Below, piece by piece: positions 38,063-51,409 of a stretch of DNA of 64,000 nucleotides. The notes below the pieces were generated by a model. It did no database searches and was not told the origin of the DNA. It saw nothing but the letters and a program-made list of their open reading frames with translations. Made by a program: the position numbers and the translations under genes. Each line of letters begins with the position of its first letter. Position 1 is the stretch's first letter. The DNA is from Narcine bancroftii (lineage: Eukaryota), in assembly GCF_036971445.1 (NCBI RefSeq), contig NC_091473.1:233182001-233246000 (forward strand), in the 5' to 3' direction.

Positions 38063-39426
38063 TAGCTCTTTTCATTGCTGACTGAACTGCTGGGTATTTC
38101 CAGCATATTTTGTTTTTATTTCAGATTTCCAGCAGTTGCAGTTTATTTTTCACTTGCTCTGATTTTCCATTGCATGATTATGCATGCTTTTAATTATATA
38201 AGCACAGACTTGAATTTCTTTTTCAGCCAGTGATTGCGGTAAGTCACTCAACAGCACAAGGTAAAATATACACTGCAGCTGACTGATGAAGTATTTACCA
38301 GCTGCAGTGTGCTCTGTGATGAGAACAAGAGAGTTGGGGAGGGGAAGCGAGGGAGAGGGCAAGGGAGGCAAGTTTAAGATCATGAAAAAAACTCCCCCAA
38401 TGACTCCACTGGTAGTCTCACCCAGATATTCTGTCATATTTCAATGGGTTTTTTTGCATAAAATAACCTGCTCTTAAAGTACATTTTTTTCCTTACTTGG
38501 TCTGATATATATTTAACACTATTGATGTATCTTATAAGTGCAATTCATCTAAATTAGGCAAAATCATTCAGAGCATTATAGAATTCAAGTGCAAATTAAG
38601 ATAATTAGAAGGCTTTGGAACAGTTTTTGTGCAATGGCAGTAACCTTGCTTACATGCTAACTGATTGAATTAATCATCATCAAATGTTTTAACAAATTGA
38701 ATCTGTTTCCAGGATCACAGGTTTTCTCCAAAAAAAATTAAGATCGAACTTAATAAATCAATTACAATTTTAAAAGTTTTGTTTAGAAACGAGTTGATGT
38801 GGCGTAATGTAAAAGGTTCAATATCAATTTTTGAGGTTATTTTCCGGATAAAATTAGGTAACTTGTAGATGGATGGTGGCCCAGATTTGTTAAAATTGTC
38901 ACCATTTTAAAAAAAAATACTTCCTCACTTAATTATCAAACTCTGCCCAGTTAGCATTCTTGAACTTAATAGAGCACATTGGAAAAAAAAAAGAATAATT
39001 TGGGATCAATGTGGTCTTTGTTAATGCACAAATTAATGCAAGTTTTACTTGGAGAGAAATTAAATTCAGTTCTCAAGGCCTGTGGAACACTGGGTGAAAC
39101 TTTTATTTTTTACTCACAAAGTTCCCCATAATAATTCCTATAAAAAATTTATGGGTATATATTGAACAATGGCTGTTTAGGTTTTAATTTTGTCTCTGCA
39201 TTTTTGGCGACGTAATTCTATGATTTTTGGTCATTATTGCATTTTAAGTGCAGCCACTTTGACTTTTCCCAGTCCTCTCTCACTCTCACCTGCCTAAAGA
39301 CTCAAAAGCACATTGTAAGTACTGTTACAAGAACAACAACTCTCTAGCTATATGCAAAGGACATTTAGTCAATATCCAAAACAATTACTTAATGAAGAAA
39401 AGAACTCCCAAGATTACAATGAAACT

Positions 39427-39555
39427 NNNNNNNNNNNNNNNNNNNNNNNNNNNNNNNNNNNNNNNNNNNNNNNNNNNNNNNNNNNNNNNNNNNNNNNNNN
39501 NNNNNNNNNNNNNNNNNNNNNNNNNNNNNNNNNNNNNNNNNNNNNNNNNNNNNNN
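39427..39555. other. Assembly gap (129 N)
   Basis: Run of N. Confidence 1.
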
Positions 39556-40561
39556 ATATATAGATGAATGTTACAAAGTACAACTTCTTCATCACAGCCA
39601 TTACATTACATTGCAAAATACATCACACTATACAATTTACAATTTACAAAATAAATTACATTTCAAAATACAACTACTTCATCACAGCCATTACATTGCA
39701 ACAGATAATGTTCAAAATACACAAATACATAATAAATGAAGTCTTGTACATACATTTCCATTTGAACTGCAGAGCTTGAACCTTAGTGGATGAATGTACT
39801 TTATCCCTGAGAGTGTCATATTTTATTCTGCAGTAAACACCAGTGCTACATAGATCTTGCCAACAAATCTATCTGAGATATGAAGCAATGGGTCAAGTTT
39901 CTTCCAGCTCTTGGTGGTCAGTGACTGTCACTCTCAGATTTCACATGTACTATGCTAGCTTTTTTTAATAAAAATGTTCACAAGAGCAAATAATCCAGTG
40001 GGCAAAGGGAGTGCTGCATAGTTGGAAATCTTGTCTCTTTGTTGTAATTTTAAACAGTGGACCTGTCTGCTTTTAAAGGTAAATATAAAAGATTTGATGT
40101 CAATGGCAAAGAGAATTAACCACATGGTCACACCTAACATTTATCCTCCAATAAAGACTGGTGAAATTGTCCTCAGTTTGACTGATGCAACAGTGTGGTT
40201 ATAAACCTTTTCCCAATTTGGGTCCATTGAAATAATTGAGACTGAAATCTGGATGGGAGTTCATTGTATAATATCAACTACAGAATGTACTTAATGTATT
40301 AAGAATTAATTGTCACTAGAACATCTGGATACTAAGAACTTTCATGCTGTTAGAACATGTGCATTGAATTGATTTTCTACAGGACAACAAAAATCATGTA
40401 TGAAAGGGATTTGAAAGGTATATGAATGCAGGTCATTTAGAGCTGTACAGCACATACAAATTATTATACAAAAAAAACAAATCAAATTGCATCTAAATAT
40501 ACCTGAAAAGGGGAAAAAATACAATTTGTTTCACCTTATACATTTTTTAAATTACTTTTTT

Positions 40562-40760
40562 TTAGACATACAGCACGGTAACAGGTCCTTTTGTCCCAAA
40601 AGTCCGTGCCACCCAAATACACACAATTGACATACAACACCCATACATTTGAAGGGTGGGAGGAAACTGGCGCATATTGAGGAAACCCATGCAGACACAG
40701 GGAGAATGTACAAACTTCTTGGAGACCATGCCAGATTCAAACCCTTACAGTGCTCGCCAC
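40562..40760 (-). mobile_element. tRNA-derived SINE copy
   Basis: Family core. Confidence 0.8.
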
Positions 40761-43700
40761 TGGTTTCTTTAGTTTCGAAGCCATGAACAAAGTAATCCTG
40801 GTATGAAAATGAGAATGCAATTCCAAATGAAAGCTTCCCTACTATTCAGCTGTAACCTTAGCATCAGGATACAGCTGGATAGTGTCACTTCTTGTAGATT
40901 ATCAGGTAAATAGCAATGGATGCAATTATTCATGTTGAAGATTGATGAAGGATGAATGATAGGAAAGTACATCTTTCCCAAATCTTATCTGAACTTTAGC
41001 TCTGGATGTGAAATTTAAAAACAAAAGTAACTCCCTACATATTAAATAATCAATGACAAATAATCATTATGAAATTTAATTTTTGCAATGATATTTATAA
41101 TGTAGAAAAAAACTAAAACATCCCAATTTTGATTTAGCATTAACAATCACAAACTTAAACTTTAGTCATGTGTAATTTTAAGATTTTTCAGTTGCACGTT
41201 AATGGGAAGGATGATGTTTTATTTTGTATCCTTTTGAAAAGTTGCACATTTCTTTGTTGAATTATGAAAGTACATGCCAATATTTAAACGTTGATCCATT
41301 GTGCACTGATAATACAACGAGATTGTATACGCCAATCTCAAGGGCACATTTTTTGACTGAGAAAGAAACTTAGCCATTTTCTGATAGCTTGGTGCATTTT
41401 GCATTTGATGCCATTAAAACTGAGCCTTGGGAATCCAATGACACAATCGAGATTATGTGCTGGACTAAAATTAATCCAGTGCTTCTTTATTGTAAGGACA
41501 AGTCCTTGAATGGGATTGGTGACACACTTGAGAACTCAGACCAGGTGAAGTGCACCTGGCTCCTATCTACAGATCAGTGCTCCACTGCAGGGGCAGTGGT
41601 CAATAAAGACTGAGTACAATCGTTAAAGTCTGATGTCATTTTGCCTGAAGATGTGTTTCTTGTTTGTTATGAATTGCCTGTAAAGGTTGATTATTGTTTT
41701 ATGTGTCCATGTGAACTGGAGCTAAGGGTTCATGGTCTGTCTACTTTCTTTCAGCTGCAAGTTTTCAGTTCCTGAGAGACAAAATCATTGGACGTATTCA
41801 CCATGTCCTCTGAGTGACACATAAAGAAAAGATACTGGGCTAGATTGGGTGCTCTGCAGTAAAACATCAATGTTTTGTTATGCAGGCCAGCTTGCTGACC
41901 TCTACACCTGTGCATTTTACCGCTGAAATCAGGAACACACTGGAGGCTAGGAGCCACTGCTGGACTCGGCACTGTCGAGGGTGGAGCTCAGCCATGCTGA
42001 GCGAAGCAGCAACTGCATTTGGCCTCTTTATCTGTCAGCTTTACCCAGGAATGGATGCTGAACGCAACACGGCACAGTCCATTTGAATGGGGTGATTGTC
42101 TTGGATTGGAAAGACAAATGCAAACAAAATATATGTTTTGTTTCTTTATTTTATTTGATATTGATGCTTTTAGTTAACTTCTATCCCTTAAATGTGTTTT
42201 TGGACCAATTACCATTTTCCTTTCATTAATATTTTAGCTTTAAAATGTAAAGCTACTTCAAATGTTTTAAAAATATTTGATCCAACACTGAACAATAACA
42301 AAGGGAGCAGCCAGTCAAGTAGAGTTAGCAACAGAATGTAAGTTTGTCTGCCACGGTTTAATGATAGAATGGTGTTAAACGAGCACTTTTTCCTGGGTTA
42401 AGAGTAGCAAAACACAAGAGGACAAGTGAGGGGAAGTACAAAGTGAGGGGAGGAAAGTTTTGGGGAGATGACAGTGGTATACATTGAGTGCCTGGAATGC
42501 AGTGCCTGGGGTGGTGGTGGAGGCTGGCACATTTAAACTACTCTTAATGGATGCAAGGACAATAGCGGGTTATGGCTGTGAGGTAGGGAACGTTTAGCTT
42601 GTTGAGTAGGTTTGTAGAAGTTGGCACATCATCGTTTGTTGAAGGGCTTGTTCTGTACCATAGTGTTCTATGTCCTAAGAAAGCCTGCAGATGCTAAAAA
42701 ACCAGAGCAATGCAGCGAGTCGGGCAGGATCATTGGAAGGCAATGGATAATCGACATTTTGGACTGAAGCCTCTTCATCGGGTGTTAAATACTTTACTAG
42801 GCTCCATTGCTGAATCCTTCATGGAATCCAAAAACAGGATCCAGACTTGCCGGGATTCCCCAGCATTGCACAAGTAATTTACTTCTCCGCTCCTGTGCCA
42901 CCGAGACCCAGCAGTCCACCTGATATCCCGCTGAGAAGCCTGGGCCAATAGGTTGAGGGTCGAGGGGAAAGTAATGTTTTAAAATTGTTCAGTACAAGAG
43001 ACCACTCAGGTCACTATGCCCATGCCAGTTTGATTAAACACAACAATCTTAGTCTCACCCTCCTGATTCCCTGTATCCTTCCAATTTGTGCATTCTAAAA
43101 TGCCCATCAACTCGCCTTTGGTCCTTTTGCCATTTTCAGGGTAATTTAAATTAGCTGTTTGTTTTAGAATCAGATCTTTGAAATGAGGGACGAAGCAGAT
43201 TGCTCAAATGGAACCTTGCACAGGGAAGGATGTGCAAGGTCCACACTGATGGCTCCCATGGTTAGAATTGAAACCTGCGCCCCCTGAGCTGTGAGGTGGC
43301 TGCTGCTATTAATTATGTTACTGTCAATTATTGCTTTCAATTATTACTGCTCATTATGCATTCTCAGTTTTTATCTATTTATACTTAAACTATTTCCCAT
43401 ATTTATTAGCATACACATTTTAAAGCTGTATTGTGGGTCATTCACCACTCCACTGATACAGATATAGCAACTTTGTTCAAGTGCACAAGGAGTCCCTCGG
43501 AGAGTCTTTGTGGTCATGACGGTATATTCATTTGTATACATAATTGAGACAGACAATTTGTTTGCTATTTAAAGTAAGTTGCTCGGAGAAAATGATGTTT
43601 GCAGGCTGATCAAATGCTAATATCACAATCAGGATTACTGCCAGCAGGGCTTTAAAGCTTTATAGATGACCTATGAGGAATTTGTTATCAGTTTTTCTGT

Positions 43701-43914
43701 AATTGAATTTATTTATGAAACTCTAAGGCAGTGCAACATTTAAGTAGTGCAACTGTGACTTTGACTAACTATGTCTGTATATACTGGAGCACAGGATTTT
43801 CACTTGGTATTGATGTTGCATTCCTTTCCATGTATTTGTGGTAAGTTTACTATGTAACTAGATATTTTTATTGCTGTGAGCTTGAAAATATTTAGTCTAT
43901 TTCCTTCATCTGAA

Positions 43915-45375
43915 GTAGCAGTAGAGATTGTGGAGGCATTGGTAATGATCTTTCATGAATCATTAGATTCTGGTAAGGTCCCGGAGGACAAGAAAATCAC
44001 AAATGTCACCCTTCTATTTTAGAAAGGAGAGAGGCAACAGAAAAGGAAATTACAGTCCAGTTAGCCTGACATCCGTGGTTGGGAAAATATTGAAGTCAAT
44101 TGACAAGGATGAGATTATGGAGTTCCTAGAAGCCAATGACAACATAACCCAAAACAAGCATGGTTTCCTGAAGGGAAAAGTTGCTTGACTAACCTATTCA
44201 AATTATTTTAAGTGACAAGCATGCTAGATAAAAGAGATGCAGTGGATCTTGTGCATTTGGATTTTCAGAAGGCCTTTGACAAGGTACTATACAAGAGGTT
44301 GGTTAACATGATAAGAGCCCATGGTATAACGAGAAACATACTAGTGTGAGCAGAGCATTATGTGTTTGGCAGGAAGCAGGGATCATATTCTGGTTGACTG
44401 CCAGTTGCTAGTAGTGTCCCTCAGGGGTTGGTGTTGGGCTACTTCTTTTAATGTTGTATATTAATGATTTGAATTGTGGAAAGAATGGGTTTGTGGAAAA
44501 AGTTTACGGATGATATGAAGGAAGGTGGAGGTGTGGTAAGTGTTGAGGAAGCACGAAGGCTGGAGAAGGACTGGGACAGATGAGGAGAATGGGCAGAAAA
44601 GTGGCAAATTAAATGCAATGTTGGAAAATCAGTTTATTTTTCAAATAGGGAGCTAATTGAAAATACCCAGATACAAAGTGACCTGGGAGTCCACGTGCAA
44701 GATAGCCTGAAGGTAAACTTTCATGTTGAGTTGGTGGTGACGAAAGCAAATGCAATATTGGCATTAATTTCAAGAGGAATAGATTAAAGGAGCAGGGAGT
44801 TGATGTTGAGGCTTTATAAGACATTTGTGAGCTCTCACTTGGAGTGTCTTGAGCAGCTTTGGACTGACATTGGAGAGGCTGAGAGGAGATTGACAACGAT
44901 GATTCCAGGAATGAAAGGGTTATCATATGAAGAGCATTTGATAGCTCTTGCCCTGTACTCACTGGAATTTAGGAGAATGTGTGGGTGGGGGGGGTCCTCA
45001 TTTGAACATTTCAAATGCTGAAATGCATGGACAGAGTAGATGTAGAAAGTTTGTTTGCCATGAGGGGAAAGTCTAGGACAAGAGAGCACAACATCAGGAT
45101 TGATGGACATCCATTTACAACAGAGATGAGGAGGAATTTCTTCAGCCGGAGGGTGATAAATCTGTGGAATTTGTTACCACAGGTGGTTGTAGAGGCCAGG
45201 TCATTGGGTGTATTTATGGCAGAGAATGATAGGTTCTTGATTAGCCAGTGTCAAAGTTTATGGGGAGAAGGCCAGTCAGTGTGATTGAGTGGGAAAATGG
45301 ATCTGCTCACACTTAAGTGGTGCGGCAGACTTAATGGGCTGAATATCCTATTTCTGTTCTTGCGTCTTAAGGTCT
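43915..45375 (+). mobile_element. Decayed CR1 LINE, RT region to 3' end
   Basis: NYSPVSLTSVVGKI, DFQKAFDKV, VPQG.VLG and 3' TEMRRNFFSRRV.NLWN.LP motifs with stops and frameshifts. Confidence 0.88.
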
Positions 45376-45789
45376 TATCTTGGCTGCTACTGAAGAAAAC
45401 AATCATTTTTTGAGACTGGAGAAGATGGGTACAAGAAATCTGCTTTGAATAATTAGGTGTGGCACTCGCATTTCAAGATTCAATTTATTGTCATGTAATA
45501 AAGACAGTGTAATATTACACAAAGTTTGCTTTTGTCAGCCTTAAAACAGACATATTCATCAGTGGCAGAAATAGTCTGAAGTTCCTTTTGCAGTCAGAAA
45601 AAGAGAGTCCCCTCAGAGACACCGTGGCAGTGGCAGTGAAGAGACGGCGCAAAAAGTCTCAGTGGCTATCTTGCCACAAGCCAAATCCAAACTCAGTTCC
45701 ATGATTGTCAGAGGAGGATGGAAAGGTGACCACCTTGCCGCATCACGAGGTCGACGCCATCTTAACCATGCAGGGCAACCCAGGAGGTG

Positions 45790-45965
45790 GAGGCCACTCG
45801 AGTGAGGAGTATGGAATCTCTGGGGTCCTAGTCTTGAAGGTCCTAGATCAGGACAGACCTCACCAGCTCAGCAACTCCATAGTGACTGTGAAGGTAAATG
45901 GACATTCCACTAACCTAATTGACATGGGTTCTACTGAAAGTTTCACACACTCATGGACTGTACCA
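45790..45965 (+). mobile_element. Gypsy-like LTR retrotransposon aspartic-protease remnant
   Basis: LDQDRPHQL...VKVNG....LIDMGSTESF (catalytic DTG mutated to DMG). Confidence 0.6.
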
Positions 45966-46727
45966 ATGATTAAAGAGTATATTAATGAATCATGATCACA
46001 GAACAGTACAACACAGGAAGATGATGTTCAGCTGATGTGCCTTTGCCGAGCACAAATCCCAAATCAAACTGTTTTTCCTCTTGAGGAATATCCCTCCATT
46101 CCTCTCATGATTATGAGAGGAATCTAGAAAACATTAATGCTACTATTGTAGCTGCCTTCACTACCCTGCCAGCCATTACAGGCACCTAAAACTCTGCATT
46201 CGAAACAAAAGCTTGCCTGCAGCCCTCTTTTTAAATCCTTCCACCCCTTACTTTATTTAAATTCTACTTTTCTCAGAAACTCTTACAAAAAAAAGTTAAA
46301 CAATAAAATCTGCAGCTGCTGAGGTGAAGTGCAATACTCCAATGTGCTCAAGAAAATCAGTAGGTCATGCAGCATCCACTGGAAGTAAAGGGTAACCAGT
46401 GCTTTGGGGCAGGCCCCTTAGTCAGGAATAGGAAGAAAACTAACAGATACCTGAATAAAAAGGAAGGAGGCAGGGGAAGAGGGAGGAGGAAGGAGGCAGG
46501 GGAAGAGGGAGGAACACAGACTATCAGATAAGAGCAGGTTTATGTGGTCCATTGTCATAGATTTCAATACCCAATCCTCATACATGCTAGTAGAAATAGG
46601 TTGTTGAGCCTGCTCCATCATTTAATAACCACTGGCCATAGGTTCGACTTCACCTACCTCTTTTCCTCTATAAACCTTGATTCCCTTACTATGCAAAAAT
46701 CTATCAATAGCTAAATCTATCAAAAGA

Positions 46728-49700
46728 TTTTTTTCTTTGAAAATTTTATTTAGAAGTTTTACAAAATAATCTAACCAAAAAAATCCCTACTACCCTCTTT
46801 CCCCCCACCTCCCACTTAACCCCCCCCTCCCCCTCGGAGACAAAAAAACCCACAATTATACTGGGTATTTAATAGCTGCTGTTTGGCATCACTAATAAAA
46901 GCATTTAATTAATATCCAAACCCATACATTCCAAATATGAATTCCATATTTAAAAAAAAAAGAATAATTATTTTGCAAGTTGTAAGTTATCTTCTCCCAA
47001 TAAAGATAACTTATCTTGGGAGGAATGTTCGAACATGTATGTTGAAGGTGTTACGAAGTTAATCAATGTAGTACGTGAGGAAAATGGTAGAAGTTGAAAG
47101 GCGGATGGAAACAGTGGAGCTCGTTCAGGGTAGCAGTTACATGAAATTGGAAAATTCAGTGTTCCTACCATTGGATTGGGGGCTAACTTGGTGGTATTTA
47201 ATATAGTCTGGTTAATTATTGTATTTAACTCCTGAAAAGTAGAAAAAATACGGTTTTAGTTCATCAGACGTGTTTTTTTTTCTTTCCAAACTTTATTTAA
47301 ATAAAATAACAGACATAACATACAGTATAGAAATAATCAAAGAAAATTTTACATTAACACCCATCCCACCCTCCCACCCCTACAGCCAATTCCCTTAAGG
47401 GGAGCAAAAAAAGGAAAATATATATAGATTAATAAAAAGAAAATATTGTAAATGTTAATAACATTTCAAAGTCTACATAAATGCATATATTTCAAATACA
47501 GAGACCGCTTACTAACAAAGAAAGAATAATGATCATGTAAATTATTAATTTTTTCCATAAAAATACATACTTTCAATTCATTATGCCAACGTGCTATATT
47601 AATCTCAGTATCAGCTTTCCAAGTTCTAGCAAGACATTTATGCGCTACTGATAACACCAAACGTACAAAATCAATTTGAATTTTATCCAATTCTATTCCC
47701 CTTAACGAATGCAAATTTCCCAACAAGAAAATCATTGGATCTAACGGTAATATAAAATTATATAATTTCTCCAAAACTACTTTAATTCCTTGCCAAAATG
47801 ATTGAACTTTAACACAATTCCAAACAGCATGTAGAAAAGTTCCAATACATGAGCCACATCTAAAACAAGAATCTGAATGACTAAACCCAAATTTTTTTTA
47901 ACTTTTCCGGGGTCAAATATAATTGATGTAAAAAATTATAATTAACCATCCCATATTGTGCATTAGTCAATTTAATTAATGTGTCCTGACACATATTCCC
48001 CCATTCATCTTTGGGAAAAATAAATACTAAATCACTCTCCCATTTAAGTTTAGATTTCTCCCAATTGGTCTTATCCATACTATCTTGTAACAAATTATAC
48101 ATAACTGAAATATAACCCATTTTTAGTATAGAGGAAATCAAAGATTCAAATCTCAACAAAGTAGGTAAATCATCTCTCTACCATAATTATCTTTCATCAA
48201 AGTTCTAAGTTGATAATACGGAAACAAAGAATTGACAGGAATATCAAATCTTTCTCTCAATTGCTTAAACGAAAGAAATTGCCCCTTGACAAAACAATCT
48301 TGTATTGTCTTTATACCTTTAGAATCCAAAATCTTTAAATGATTATTAAACATTGAAAAAGGAATGAGCTGATTGTTATACAATGGAGTTAAAAATCATA
48401 ATTTATCTTTTGACCTTAACCTGTTTTTTTTTAATCCAGATCTTTAACAAATGTTTCAATATCGGCATATCATTGCTGTAACAAAATCAAATTCCAATGA
48501 AATATAAATTCATGTATTTCAACCCTATATATACATGCCATTTCCACTTTATCCCAGCTGGGAGGCTGATCCAAATCCATCAATCTACTAATAAACTTCA
48601 ACTGGGCTGCTTCATAATAATTTTGAAAGTGTGGTAATTGCAGTCTGCCCAATGAATACTTCCATGTAAGTCTATGCAATGCCATTGGGTTAATTTACCT
48701 TTCCATAAAAACTCTCACATTGCTTTATTCAAATCTTGAAAAAAGCCCTTGGAAAGTAAACAAGGTAGTGAGTGAAATAAATATTGAATTCAAGGAAAAA
48801 TATTCATTTTAATGCAATTAACCTGACCAATCAAAGTTGATGGAAGATCTTTCCACTTAATCAAATCTGCTTTAATCCCTCTTAATATAGGTACATAATT
48901 TAATTGATATAATGATTGATCATTTGTATCCATAAACACACCTAAATATTTAATTTTACTTGTCCACCTTAATTTTGTAAATTCACAATAAAATTTCACT
49001 TTTAACTCAATTAATTTTATATCCCGATAATTCTCCAAATTTCAACAATCACTCTTGCAATTGTTTCAATGACCGCTCTAGTTCCGACAAATATAGACAC
49101 ATTGTCCGCAAATAAGTTAATTTTATATTCTTCATTCTTAACCCTCATCCCTCTAATTTCTTCATTTTGTCTAATAGCCTGAGCTAACAGTTCAATAACC
49201 AATGCAAATAAGGTTAGTGACAATGGGCAGCCCTGTCGAGTTGAACAAGGCAATTTAAATAGTAAATCAATCTGTCCATTTGTCACCACCTGAGCTATTG
49301 GGTTTGTATATAAAGCCTTAACCCAACCAATAAAAATAGGGCCGAATTTAAATTTTTCTAACATTTTAAATTAAAAAAATCCCACTCAACCCTATCAATA
49401 GCTTTTTCTGCATCTAATGCAACCACCATAGGATGGTTAGGTTGCTTTCGATATGCGTTGACCAAAGTAATTAATTAAAATATATTGTCTGATGAATTTC
49501 TATTCTTAATAAAACCTCTTTGATCAATGTGTACCTATTTGGGTAAATATTTAGCAAGTCTATTAGCTAATACTTTTGCTATAATTTTATAATCTACATT
49601 TAACAAAGAGATAGGTCTATATGAAGACACTTTTAATGGATCTCTATTTTTTTTGGAATGACAGTTATTAAAGCGAACGTGATTCTGGTAACTTCTGATC

Positions 49701-50443
49701 TTCAGTAATTTGATTCAACACTTCTTCAAATTCATTAGAAAAATAATCATAAAAGAGTTTATAAAATTCCACAGGGAATCCATCATCCCCTGGGGACTTT
49801 CCATTTGGCATTTCCTGAATAGCTTCCTTAATTTCAAAATCCGTAAATGGAGATTCCAATTCCTGAACATCATTTGCATCTAATACCTGTAACTTTAATT
49901 TAGATAAGTAAGAATCAACAGAGCCATTATCCTGTTTCCCCTCAGAAGTATATAATTTCAAATCAAATGAATAAAACTGGTCATTGATTTCCTGAAGTTT
50001 GTAAGCACCTTTTGAATTCTTCTTAACAGCATTAATAGTCCGAGATGTCTGTTCAGCTTTCAATTGCCAAGCAAGTACCTTATGAGCTCTTTTCCCCCAA
50101 CTCATAATAACGTTGTTTATATTTATTAATTAAGCGCTCAAACTGATAAGTTTGTAAAGTTTTATAATGTCATTTCAACCTCGCTAATGCAACTTTTTAA
50201 AAAAATCTTTGTTACACCTTTCTGAAAATCTTTCTCCAGACTTGTGTTTTGATGTGAGAACAGACAGGTACTTTTTTACATTCAGTATGGGAATGTACAA
50301 ATGTTAGACTCTTTTGGGAAAAAAAATAAGTTTTTGCATGATTTATTTAAGATAGATCTGCAACTTGACCCGTTGGTGTGTTTACGGGGTTATATGAATA
50401 CACTAGTGATAGGATTGCAATTGGACAAATCCCAAATTGCATC
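46728..50443 (-). mobile_element. Older L1-clade copy with 5' inversion: 3' end at 46728-46990 (-), inverted part at 47203-47276 plus 50237-50443 (+), split by a younger L1
   Basis: Plus-strand LYLTPEK...GTFLHSVWEC...LDPL...LDKSQI is homologous to ORF2 of the nested L1. Confidence 0.7.
47277..50236 (-). mobile_element. 5'-truncated L1/Tx1-clade LINE (ORF2 RT and CCHC zinc knuckle, frameshifted)
   Basis: GKSPGDDGFPVEFYK, TRQGCPLS, LFADNV, IKYLGV and CFRC...GTFLHAVWNC motifs; AATAAA and poly(A) at the 47277 end; imperfect TSD cagac(tt)gtgtttt. Confidence 0.9.
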
Positions 50444-51409
50444 AATCGAAAATATATCAGTGAGAGTGCCTCTCCTGTTTCATTGGGGGGAGAATTCTAC
50501 ATGTTCACTACACACTGGAGAAAAGCAGTTCCTCCTTATCTCTGCCCAAATCTACTCCCCTGAACCTTGAGGCTATGTCCCCTAGTTCTACTACCAGTGG
50601 AAAACAATATCCTGTCTCTACCTTGTCAGTTGGTTTAATAACTTTACATACATTATAGTTTTCCATGATCTTTCCCTTTAAAGGTTTTAACTTCCCACCT
50701 TGCTGTGAATTCCCTTCTAGCTGTCAGTACCACTGAAACCAATTACATTCTGTCCTTCACTGGCTAGAACTCCTCATGAGCTGATCATAAGTTCTCCACT
50801 CCCTGATGCACTTGAGGTCTTGAAAACCTACCAACTGAATCTTTGAACCTTCCTTATCAACCCATCAGCCTTGTCTCTTTGACAACTTGGATTACTAGCC
50901 CAGATGATCTCAGCTTCTCTGAATGCGCTGCTGTTATGGGGAAATTCTCTTTGTGTGCAACGTGTGCTAGGCTATTTCAACATCAGTTCTGTCTGATGCC
51001 CTGGCTTGTTTCACTTGTTAAATTGTGCCATTTGAAGATTACAGCAACAGCTTACAGATCAGTTCTTCAGGACACAGTTCTATAGATATTTCCAGGCTTT
51101 AAGATTTAATATTGAAAAATTTCCCTAATATTTAATAATCTGGTGATAGGAGTTGATGAAATTAATGATGCCCAAGTCGTGATGAAACATTTTCTCTGAT
51201 GGGCAGCAAAGGAATAATTTGTAGACTCCAAAATTGTTATTTAAATGCATTAGGCTGCAATTTCTTTTTTTGGATAATTCTAAAAAAGAACATTGGAATG
51301 TGGTTGACAGGTTCAATCTGGAACTATTATGCACACATTTCATATAGGAAATCTGTACCTTTACAGTTCAAATTTCAGATTTATTATACACTCATCAGTA
51401 GTGCATAAC

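Noticed and set aside
39352-39739. ORFs spanning X residues
   Set aside because: Artefacts of the N gap
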